Below, piece after piece: positions 40,797-48,240 of a stretch of 53,933 bases of DNA. Position 1 is the stretch's first letter, and each line of letters starts with the position of its first letter. Origin of the DNA: Acidobacteriota bacterium (GTDB taxonomy: Bacteria; Acidobacteriota; Vicinamibacteria; Vicinamibacterales; JAENWD01). The translations under genes and the position numbers were made by a program. The stretch is taken from assembly GCA_046735235.1 (NCBI GenBank), contig JBKPSY010000039.1, positions 1-53,933 of the forward strand, written 5' to 3'. The notes under the pieces are model-generated. The model searched no databases, had not been told where the DNA came from, and saw nothing but the letters and a program-made list of their open reading frames with translations.

Positions 40797-40952
40797 GCCC
40801 CTCGCTGCGCTCCGGGCGGGGCCGCGCTTCGCGCGGTGGGCCCTCACGGCGTTCGGGGGCGGGCCGGCCTGCGGCCGGCGGGGCCGCCGCTCTGCTCGCG
40901 ACGGAGGCCCGTCGCTTTCGCTCCGGGCAGGCCCTCACTTCGTTCGGGCAGG
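40797..40952. repeat. GC-rich repeat block (left flank of the four-helix-bundle relic)
   Basis: Direct repeats GGCCC(C/G)TCGCT..CGCTCCGGGC(G/A)GG at 40797 and 40906. GGCCCTCAC..CGTTCGGG at 40839 and 40930. GGCCGCCGCTCTGCTCGCG at 40882. Confidence 0.7.
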
Positions 40953-41156
40953 ACGACGGCCTGTTGCATTGCGAAGGCTGGTGATGAGTCCCGCCAGCGG
41001 CGACGCCGTCGCGCTGATCATTCCCTGAATTCGCTCCTGGTCACTTCGAGAGAGGTACCCGAGGCGAATCGCGACGGACACGAAATAGTCAGCTTCGATC
41101 AGGGACGCCCATGCGTGCTTGAACGCGGCGAGATTGTGGTGTCTGAGTCGTTCCAT
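40935..41156 (-). pseudogene. four-helix-bundle protein (23S rRNA intervening-sequence protein family), apparently N-terminally truncated or degenerate
   Basis: MERLRHHNLAAFKHAWASLIEADYFVSVAIRLGYLSRSDQERIQGMISATASPLAGLITSLRN matches the C-terminal two helices of that family. The upstream in-frame sequence is repeat-derived (GPLALLAGG / RPLALLAAG). Confidence 0.5.
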
Positions 41157-41195
41157 GCGCCGGCAGAGGAGCAACTGCCCTGCCGCGCGAAGCGC

Positions 41196-41290
41196 CCCCG
41201 CCGCGAGCAGAGCGAGCGGCCTCTGCCGGCCGAAGGCCGGCCCTGCTCGGAGCGAAGCGATGAGCCCCCCCGCGAGCAGAGCGAGCGGCC
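41196..41290. repeat. GC-rich repeat block (right flank), inverted relative to 40797-40952
   Basis: A 20-nt direct repeat, CGCGAGCAGAGCGAGCGGCC, at 41202 and 41271, which is the reverse complement of the 40882 module. CCTGCTCGGAGCGAAGCGATGAGCC is the reverse complement of the CGCTCCGGGCAGG module. There is also a GCCGGCC-GAA-GGCCGGC hairpin. Confidence 0.7.
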
Positions 41291-42565
41291 CTATTCCGTG
41301 TCCAGCCGCGTCACCGGATCGACCCCCAGCCATGCGAGCGCTCCGATGAAATAGGCGCTGGCGAGCACGACGATGGGGACGTTCCAGTTGTTGCCGGCGG
41401 CTTCGAGAATCCTCGGAATGGTGTACGGCGCCAACAGCCCGCCGATCATGCCGATCATGTTCATGAAACCGCCGAGCGTGCCCGCGAACCGGCCGCCGAG
41501 ATCCATCACCGCCGTCCACGAACCCGGCATCGCCATGTCGTTGCCGAAGCACGACACGCCCATCGCGAGCATCGCCCACAGCGGATCCTTGAACAGGATC
41601 GACACCAGCAGCATCCCGCACGCGACGCCGTGGCCGACCACGCCCAGCGCCCGGCGCACCTTTGCCGTGCTGCCGACACGCGCGACGAGCCACGGCGTGA
41701 CCTTGCCCGTGAGATACACGCTGATGCCCGCGAGAAAGAGCGGCAGCCCCGCCAGCGACGCGGCGAAGTAGCGGTCCGCGTCTTTCATGTGGAAGGCTTC
41801 CTTGATGTACGTGGGAAGCCACGTCACGTAGAACCAGAAGCCGTAGCTGAGACAGAGATACTGGAGCGAGAGCAGCCACACGGATCCGCTGCCGAGGAAT
41901 TTGCCCCACGGCACCTTGACGTCGTGCGCCGCGTTGGCTTCCTCGGGCCGTGGCATCAGCGCGAGCTCTGCGGCGTTCACGCCGGGGTGATCCGCAGGGC
42001 GATCGCGAAACCACCGGAAGAAGAACCATGCCCAGATGAAGCCCACAGCGCCGAAGACGTAGAAGCTCTGACGCCAGTTCATGACGTCGAGCGCCGTCAC
42101 CACCAGGAGCGGCGCGAGTGCGCCGCCCCAGCGTGCCGCCAGCCACATCAACGACTGCGCGCGCGTGCGATCCTCGCCGCGGAACCAGTTCGAAAACGCC
42201 TTCGTGAGGTTCGGGAAGCACCCGGCCTCGCCGACGCCGAACATGAAGCGCACGCTCGCCATGGACCAGAACCCGGTCGCCAGGCCCGTCGCCATCGTGA
42301 ACGCCGACCACCACACGACGATCCGCGTGATGACGGCGCGGGGACCGATCCGATCGCCCAGCCACCCGCCTGGGACTTCGAAGATGAGATACGCGAGCGA
42401 GAACGCCGACATGATCGTGCCCATCTCGTTCTTCGTGAGCCCGAGCTCCGTGCTGATGGCCGACTGGCTCTGCGAGATGCAGACGCGATCGAGATAGAGC
42501 AGGGCGGCCAGCGACGCGGAATACCACAGCAGCGTGCTACGAGCGTTGGTCGGGGCGGGCGTCAC
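41291..42565 (-). CDS. MFS transporter (anion:cation symporter-like)
   Basis: 12-TM pattern, GWLGDRIGPR loop motif, GTG start. Confidence 0.88.
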   Translation of the reverse strand: MTPAPTNARSTLLWYSASLAALLYLDRVCISQSQSAISTELGLTKNEMGTIMSAFSLAYLIFEVPGGWLGDRIGPRAVITRIVVWWSAFTMATGLATGFWSMASVRFMFGVGEAGCFPNLTKAFSNWFRGEDRTRAQSLMWLAARWGGALAPLLVVTALDVMNWRQSFYVFGAVGFIWAWFFFRWFRDRPADHPGVNAAELALMPRPEEANAAHDVKVPWGKFLGSGSVWLLSLQYLCLSYGFWFYVTWLPTYIKEAFHMKDADRYFAASLAGLPLFLAGISVYLTGKVTPWLVARVGSTAKVRRALGVVGHGVACGMLLVSILFKDPLWAMLAMGVSCFGNDMAMPGSWTAVMDLGGRFAGTLGGFMNMIGMIGGLLAPYTIPRILEAAGNNWNVPIVVLASAYFIGALAWLGVDPVTRLDTE

Positions 42566-42600
42566 AGCGCGAACTATATAGCAGCCGCGGCCGACACCCC

Positions 42601-42635
42601 GTCGTCCGAAGTCCGCAATCGCGCAGTCGGACCAG
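42601..42635. repeat. heptamer-periodic array GTCGTCC GAAGTCC GCAATCG CGCAGTC GGACCAG
   Basis: Read directly. It lies in the MFS / GH51-relic divergent spacer. Confidence 0.5.
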
Positions 42636-42650
42636 CGGTATCATCCGGAC

Positions 42651-42992
42651 GTGCGAACGAATCTCGTCCTCCTGACCGCCGCGCTGACCCTGCCGCTCCT
42701 CGCGCGCACCCCGCGCGTCGACGCGCCTCCCGTCAAGATTGCCGTCGCCGTGGCTCGCCCCGGCGCGGCCATCCCGTCGACCCTCCTAGGTGTCTTCTTC
42801 GAGGACATCAACTTCGCGGCCGATGGCGGGATTGGCGCGCGAGCCGTGACGTTGACGGGATCGTCAGACGCGGAGAACTCGCTCGAGTCGCCGACGGCGG
42901 TGTCGCCCTCGAACGCGGTGGCGTCCGTGACGAGCGGACACTACACGCTGCCGCCGCTGTCGGTCGTCGTGCTGCGCGTGCGGATCAGCTAG
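42651..42992 (+). pseudogene. relic of a GH51-type alpha-L-arabinofuranosidase with a large internal deletion
   Basis: The 113-aa ORF joins a signal peptide plus a family-typical N-terminus (IPSTLLGVFFEDINFAADGG) directly to a family-typical C-terminus (VTLTGSSDAENSLESPTAVSP ... YTLPPLSVVVLRV). Confidence 0.55.
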
Positions 42993-43049
42993 CTGAGCGC
43001 GACGGGCGTCATATGATGGAGAAACCTCGCTTCAAGGACAGGAGTCTCC

Positions 43050-43796
43050 ATGCGTCTGTTTTCGTGTGCCGGTCTTGCCGTTGCCTTCGTCACCCTCATG
43101 GTCCCCGCGTCTGCCCGGGCGCAGACACCGTTGCAGAACACGCCGTGGAGCGCAGAGGTCTCGGTTGGCTGGGACTTTCCCGTGAGCGGGAACATCCTGT
43201 CGGCGGCGATCGGCCGCGTGTTCGACCAGCCGACCATCATCGACGCGCAGTCGTATGGAGACGTCTACGGCACCGGCGTCGCCTATAGGTTCGGCGCCGG
43301 CTACATGCTCGACGACCGGAATGAAGTGCGCGGGTCGTTCGCGTTCCAGTCGGTCAGCGCGGACCTGCATAAGATCGGCACCACGGCCAACGTGCCGCTC
43401 TACGCGACGTTCGATCCGTACAAGTCGATTGCGTTCGAGGGAGGCTACCGCCGGTACTTCGCCGATCCGAGCCAGCGCCTGCGCCCGTTCGGCGGCGTGA
43501 ACCTCGGCATCGCCGTCATCCGCGAGATCGACGCCGACCTGGCCGCGCCCGACATCGACAAGACGCTCAACTCGACCGATTTCTACGATCGCACCGGCGC
43601 TTTCACGTTCGGCTTCTCCGGCGGCGCGCTCTACGCGATCACCGATCGCGTGGATCTCAAGGGCGAGCTGGGCTTCCACCACACGAGCGGCCTCTCGCAG
43701 ATCGACGGCCTCGAGGGCACCGGCCTCGAGAAGGTCAACGACAACAGCGGGCGCTGGACGCTGCCGTTCACTGTGGGAGCGCGCGTCCGGTTCTAG
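43050..43796 (+). CDS. outer-membrane beta-barrel protein
   Basis: AGGAG upstream of the ATG, a signal peptide ending ARA-QT, alternating beta-strand pattern, and a C-terminal ...GARVRF. Confidence 0.8.
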   Translation: MRLFSCAGLAVAFVTLMVPASARAQTPLQNTPWSAEVSVGWDFPVSGNILSAAIGRVFDQPTIIDAQSYGDVYGTGVAYRFGAGYMLDDRNEVRGSFAFQSVSADLHKIGTTANVPLYATFDPYKSIAFEGGYRRYFADPSQRLRPFGGVNLGIAVIREIDADLAAPDIDKTLNSTDFYDRTGAFTFGFSGGALYAITDRVDLKGELGFHHTSGLSQIDGLEGTGLEKVNDNSGRWTLPFTVGARVRF

Positions 43797-43919
43797 GAAG
43801 TCCGCGCGGACCTGTCGCACTGTCCAGCTTGCAATAGTCGAGCTGCCTGACGCGCCTCGCCATCCACCGGAACGCCTGTTGCAGTTCCTTCACGGATGAG
43901 CGCCACTGCAGCGCAACAG

Positions 43920-44729
43920 CTACACGGGCGATGGAACCTTGGTCGCCTCGACCTCAGCTGTCCAGTCGATGATCTCCTGTTCCGTCATGGGACCGCGCGG
44001 CGCGAGCCTTGCGTCCGTGTAACCCCAGCCATGGATGTCGACGAGGTATTGCGCGCGCGACAGCAACGTGCCGCGGCAGACGCGATCACCGCCGGGGGGG
44101 ACCACGACGCGCCGCGCCCACAACTCGTCGAGGACGCACTTGGGGACCATCGCGTGCGCGTCCGGATAGACGTAGAGGAACAGCACGAGATGCGCGAGCA
44201 GCACACTCGCGTGCTCGTCGAAGTGCCGGATGAGACGATGCCAGTCGAGCTGTCGAGCCGACTGCCGGAGGATATGCAGGACGTCCGAGCCGTCGAACCG
44301 CTCGCGCTCCATCACGAACGATTTCGACCAGATCATCTCCTCGGCGGCGCAGATTTGTGCGGGCAGGCCCAGCACCACTGCCGGAGTGCCGTGCGCGAAC
44401 CACTCGTCGTCCACCTTCGCGAGGCTGTTGCCATTGGCGAAGATGAGATCGACCAGCAGATCGCCGCGCTCGGCTTTCGCCAGCCAGTGCGCGAAGGCGA
44501 CGCGGCATTCGACGCCGGCCGTCACGAGGGCCTCCGTGATGCGATCGAGATCCTGCCGGCGCACGAAGAGGTCGAGGTCCTTCGTCTGGCGGGCGAAGCC
44601 GGCCAGCCGCTCCATCGCGAATGTGCCGCCGACGAGGAACGGAATGCCGGCGTCGTGCAGCGAGGTCATGACGATCTGGTAGAACTCGAGCGCCCCGCTG
44701 TCCAGCTCTCTCGGCGTTGGGTCTCCCAT
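43920..44729 (-). CDS. pol-beta superfamily nucleotidyltransferase family protein
   Basis: GGTFAMERLAGFARQTKDLDLFV fits the hG[GS]x9-13DxD signature. ATG 44729. Only the last 269 codons of the 735-aa track ORF look coding. Confidence 0.7.
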   Translation of the reverse strand: MGDPTPRELDSGALEFYQIVMTSLHDAGIPFLVGGTFAMERLAGFARQTKDLDLFVRRQDLDRITEALVTAGVECRVAFAHWLAKAERGDLLVDLIFANGNSLAKVDDEWFAHGTPAVVLGLPAQICAAEEMIWSKSFVMERERFDGSDVLHILRQSARQLDWHRLIRHFDEHASVLLAHLVLFLYVYPDAHAMVPKCVLDELWARRVVVPPGGDRVCRGTLLSRAQYLVDIHGWGYTDARLAPRGPMTEQEIIDWTAEVEATKVPSPV

Positions 44730-44789
44730 GCCGATCAGGAACGCAAGAGGGATACCAGTTGCTCGCGCATCGCGCGCCAGAGCTGAACC

Positions 44790-45548
44790 ATGGCGACACT
44801 CCGCATCGGCGCCGTCGGCGATCTGCACTACGGACGCGAGTCGCGCGACGTGTTGAAGCAGCTGTTTCAGGCCGTCGACCTGGAGCGGCCGGATGTGATG
44901 CTGCTCCTCGGAGACCTGACCGACTACGGCACTCTCGAAGAGGCACAAGGCCTGACGCGGGAGCTGCGAACGAATCTCGCCCTGCCGACGCTGGCGGTGC
45001 TCGGCAATCACGACTTCGAGAGCGGCGTGGCCGACGCGATTCGCGCGACTCTTCGCGAGGGCGGCATCACGGTTCTCGACGGCGACTCGTGCGAGGTGAA
45101 GGGCGTCGGCTTCGCTGGCGTGAAGGGCTTCTGCGGCGGATTCGGCCGTGGGACGCTCGGCCCGTGGGGCGAGAGCGTCATCAAGCAGTTCGTCAACGAG
45201 GCGGTGCAGGAATCGCTCAAGCTCGAGTCGGCGCTGGCGAGGCTTCGCATGCCGACCCGCATCGTCCTCCTGCACTACGCGCCGATCCTGGAGACGGTCG
45301 TCGGCGAGCCGCCGGAGATCTATCCCTGGATGGGAAGCAGTCGCCTGGAAGAGCCGCTCAGCCGGCTCGGCGTCACGGCGATCTTCCACGGCCACGCGCA
45401 CAAGGGATCGCCCGAGGGCCGCACGGCATCCGGAACGCCGGTCTACAACGTGTCGCTGCCGTTGATGAAGCGGCTCACCCCGGAGCGTCCGATGCGCGTT
45501 CTCGAGGTGGACGCCGACGCGCCGGACGATCAGAACGCGACACGGTAG
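44790..45548 (+). CDS. calcineurin-like metallophosphoesterase
   Basis: GDLHYG, GDLTDYG, GNHD and GHAH motifs in canonical order. Confidence 0.85.
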   Translation: MATLRIGAVGDLHYGRESRDVLKQLFQAVDLERPDVMLLLGDLTDYGTLEEAQGLTRELRTNLALPTLAVLGNHDFESGVADAIRATLREGGITVLDGDSCEVKGVGFAGVKGFCGGFGRGTLGPWGESVIKQFVNEAVQESLKLESALARLRMPTRIVLLHYAPILETVVGEPPEIYPWMGSSRLEEPLSRLGVTAIFHGHAHKGSPEGRTASGTPVYNVSLPLMKRLTPERPMRVLEVDADAPDDQNATR

Positions 45549-46111
45549 CCGACCTGCACACGCCGTTCGCGCGGCTGGCCGGCCACGCGGACCTCGAGGC
45601 TCGAGGCGCTCTTCGAGCGCAGCGCACCTACGAGCACGGTGTGTCGTCCGTTGTGCACCAGATCGCACACGAACCCGACGGCGGTGGTAAACGATAGAAA
45701 GGAGATCGTATCGTGAACCGTCCAGTCGCCGGGATCTGGTGCCACCGTCCCTGCCAGCAGGGCGGTACCGGCGGCGAGCCCGATGAGCGCGCCGTCCCAC
45801 GGAGAATCGCCGGAACGTTCGGCGCGCTGAAGCTGGTCGACCGGCACCACCAGGAGCTCGCCTCGCGTACGGAGCGTCACGGCGTCTCCCTCGACTTGTA
45901 CGAGCGATGCCTTGTGTCGCTTGCCCCGATCGTCCAGCAGCTCGAACCGTACCTTCCCTTCTTTCAGCAACTGGACGACCTGTTGTCCGGGCGTTCCGGC
46001 CGGCGTGGATGGCGCCGACTGGACGGGCACCTGCGGCACACCAGTGGCCGACAGGGACGCCTGCGTCAACGTGCTCCACACAAACACTGTCGCGAGAGAT
46101 GCCGTCAGCAT
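45530..46111 (-). CDS. secreted / outer-membrane-associated hypothetical protein
   Basis: GGAGG upstream of ATG 46111, a signal peptide, a glycine-zipper-like GALIGLAAGTALLAG segment, and a C-terminal ...VGYRVAF. Confidence 0.6.
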   Translation of the reverse strand: MLTASLATVFVWSTLTQASLSATGVPQVPVQSAPSTPAGTPGQQVVQLLKEGKVRFELLDDRGKRHKASLVQVEGDAVTLRTRGELLVVPVDQLQRAERSGDSPWDGALIGLAAGTALLAGTVAPDPGDWTVHDTISFLSFTTAVGFVCDLVHNGRHTVLVGALRSKSASSLEVRVAGQPRERRVQVGYRVAF

Positions 46112-46191
46112 GTGAGCCTCCGACCACAGAGTGCTCGGCGGCCGGTGGCGATGTCGTGACGCCACGCTGAAGAAAGCGTGAATGGGGAGAA

Positions 46192-47838
46192 TCAGGCGGC
46201 GCGTTCTGCGACGATGGCTCGCACCCGGGCGAACGGCGCGGAGTTGATGGCGCGGGCGAGGAACGGCTCGACCGGGACGCTCCAACCGGCAGGGCCGGGA
46301 GGCGCGGCCATCAACGCCTGCTCCAGCGTGGAGGCGGCTTCCTCCTCGCGCTCGTGGACGGCGAGGTACGACGCGTAGACGAGCGCGGCTTCCGAGCGCC
46401 GGCCGGTCGTTTTCAGCCGCTCGATGGTCGCGTTCATCAAATCCAACTCGCGGGCTGAGTCGTCCGTGCGGCCAAGCATGCGGTAGGCGAGGGCGAGGCC
46501 GAGATGGGCGCGGCCCTGGCCCGGCATCCGCCTGAGTGCGTCCTCCAACGCCTCGATCGCATCTGAAGGCGAGCCGGAAAGCAGCAGGCACCCGCGAAGC
46601 ACGCAGGCATTGCTCATGAACTCGGCCGTGTACACCGTTTGTTGCCCCGTCGCGAACTCGAGCTCGCGCGTGCACTCGGCGAGCGCCTCGTCGCGCCGAC
46701 CGCGCGCCGCATGAACCAGGCCCAGCGTCCAGTGAAGCCCCAGACCGGGGAAGAGGGCAGGCCGGCCGCGCTGCAGATCCTGGGAGGTCACGCCGCTTCT
46801 CAGGGCGTCGGTCGCGGCATCGAACGCGCCTCTCGCGATGAAGACCATCGCGGCGAGCAGGTTCGCGAACGGCTGCGCGGGCTGGAGTGCCAGGGTCCTG
46901 GCGACGCTCCGCAGACGATCCTCGCCCCAGCTCACATACGCGTGGCGGAAGTGGTGGCGCCAGTTGTCAGGTTCGAGCGCGACCGCCCGACGAAGCGCCG
47001 CGCGCGCGTCGACCGACTCGCCTTCCGCAGCCAGGATGATCCCCAGGGCCGCCCAGCCATCGCCGAGCGCCGGGTCCAGCCGGCAGGCGTCGCGTGCCTC
47101 GATCCGCGCCTTCTCGAGGAACACGGGATCTCGCAGCAGGCCGGCCCGTGTGCCTTCGTGCTGGAAGAAGTACGCATGGGCGAGCCCCACCCGCACGCGC
47201 GCATCGTCGGGGTGCGCCGCGCGCTGGCGCTCGAGCGCGGCGATGGCGTCTGGCAGCGCGTCGGCAGAGAACGCCTCGAGCTGCAGCCGTGCGCCCGCTT
47301 CCGGGCGATGCGCGCTGAGCGTGTCGAGAGACGGTCCCATTGGCTCCGGTTGTCGACGAGGTGCCGTCCTGACCTCCGCGACGAACCGGTAGCCGCGCCT
47401 GGCGACCGTCTGGATGTATTGCGGTTCTCCCGCCACGTCGCCCAGGCTGCGCCGGAGTTCGGACACGGCGCGCGTGAGCGAGTTGTCGGTGACGAAGACG
47501 CCGGTCCACACCTGGCGGATGAGATCGTCCTTCGTCAGGAGCTCGCCGGGGCGAGTCAGGAGCAGCGCCAGCAAATCGAGCAGGCGAGGCGGTAGGTCGA
47601 GCGGCAGACCCTCTCGATACAGCCGGCAACCTGCACCGTCGTACTCGAAGGCGCCGAATCGGTAGACCACCGAGGGACCGGCCACGGTGGGAATTCTAGC
47701 TCGGCCGTGCCTGCGGCTCCAGTGACCGCCTCTGAAGGGATATCGGAGCCTCGGACTAGCGGCCAAGGGAAGCTTCGCCAACCCCTTCGCCATTGGCTGC
47801 TCGAAAGCGGACGTCGCCACGACGATGTCGTAATCCAT
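46192..47838 (-). CDS. winged-helix (OmpR/PhoB-type DNA-binding domain) regulator with a C-terminal TPR region
   Basis: YRFGAFEYD ... LLDLLALLLTRPGELLTKDDLIRQVW ... IQTVARRGYRF, then TPR-like repeats. The start is uncertain; GTG 47685 just before the wHTH is an alternative. Confidence 0.8.
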   Translation of the reverse strand: MDYDIVVATSAFEQPMAKGLAKLPLAASPRLRYPFRGGHWSRRHGRARIPTVAGPSVVYRFGAFEYDGAGCRLYREGLPLDLPPRLLDLLALLLTRPGELLTKDDLIRQVWTGVFVTDNSLTRAVSELRRSLGDVAGEPQYIQTVARRGYRFVAEVRTAPRRQPEPMGPSLDTLSAHRPEAGARLQLEAFSADALPDAIAALERQRAAHPDDARVRVGLAHAYFFQHEGTRAGLLRDPVFLEKARIEARDACRLDPALGDGWAALGIILAAEGESVDARAALRRAVALEPDNWRHHFRHAYVSWGEDRLRSVARTLALQPAQPFANLLAAMVFIARGAFDAATDALRSGVTSQDLQRGRPALFPGLGLHWTLGLVHAARGRRDEALAECTRELEFATGQQTVYTAEFMSNACVLRGCLLLSGSPSDAIEALEDALRRMPGQGRAHLGLALAYRMLGRTDDSARELDLMNATIERLKTTGRRSEAALVYASYLAVHEREEEAASTLEQALMAAPPGPAGWSVPVEPFLARAINSAPFARVRAIVAERAA

Positions 47839-47872
47839 GGAGTTCGCTCCACGGTCAGACTCGGACGCACTA

Positions 47873-47954
47873 GAGCGAGGCGAAGCCGATGCGGGTTGCG
47901 ACGCGATAGGGCGTCGAGCGAGGCGAAGCCGATGCGAGAGAGAGGACTCGTGCC
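47873..47954. repeat. 21-bp perfect direct repeat (x2) plus a partial copy of the tRNA-Leu 3' end
   Basis: GAGCGAGGCGAAGCCGATGCG at 47873-47893 and 47916-47936. GATGCGAGAGAGAGGACTCGTGCC (47931-47954) resembles GATGGTGCGGAAGAGAGGACTCGAACC (48033-48059). Confidence 0.65.
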
Positions 47955-48034
47955 TGCTGGCCCCAAGCGCGGAGCGCGCGGGGCCGCGTGCCTGAGGCCA
48001 CCCTGACGCACCTGAGCGAACCGAAGGTGAGCGA

Positions 48035-48121
48035 TGGTGCGGAAGAGAGGACTCGAACCTCCACCCGGTTGCCCGGACTAGCTCCTGAGGCTAGCGCGTC
48101 TGCCAATTCCGCCACTCCCGC
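48035..48121 (-). tRNA. tRNA-Leu (anticodon CAG), type II with long variable arm, CCA encoded
   Basis: Hand-folded. Acceptor GCGGGAG/CTTCCGC, anticodon stem CTAGC/GCTAG with loop CTCAGGA, variable stem CCGG-GCAA-CCGG, T arm GGAGG-TTCGAGT-CCTCT, then ACCA. Confidence 0.93.
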
Positions 48122-48240
48122 AAGTGGGGTTCCGGCCTGCGCCGGAACTACTGATTCTAGCAGAGCCGCCGCGGGGCGGTCGAGCCTTTTCCACAGGCGC
48201 CGACTATACTTTCCTTGGTCGGTTTTTCTAAGGAGCAGGT

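Noticed and set aside
40836-41354. 172-aa plus-strand ORF across the ypfJ-MFS spacer
   Set aside because: It consists of translated GC-rich repeats (LRSGRA / SGQAL-type peptides) and runs antisense to the four-helix-bundle relic. It has no coding signature.
43920-44729. NTase as a CBASS-type cyclase or as the MNT half of a HEPN/MNT toxin-antitoxin pair
   Set aside because: There is no adjacent effector, HEPN partner or other defence-associated gene. At 269 aa, and with this sequence, it does not look like a minimal MNT antitoxin, and I cannot recognise CD-NTase features.
43920-46127. 735-aa ORF on the minus strand spanning the phosphoesterase locus
   Set aside because: Only the last 269 codons (from ATG 44729) look like a real protein, the NTase. 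The upstream part is Arg-rich junk lying antisense to a metallophosphoesterase gene that has a complete motif set.
47870-48115. 81-aa ORF (MAELADALASGASPGNRVEVRVLSSAP...)
   Set aside because: It is the translation of the tRNA-Leu gene and its flank.
40797-48121. Reading the 40.8-48.1 kb stretch as a mobile genomic island or prophage
   Set aside because: It contains no integrase, transposase, recombinase, phage or conjugation genes, and by eye its base composition does not differ from the rest of the window. Only relics (the GH51 stub, the four-helix-bundle fragment and the tRNA 3'-end scar) hint at past plasticity.
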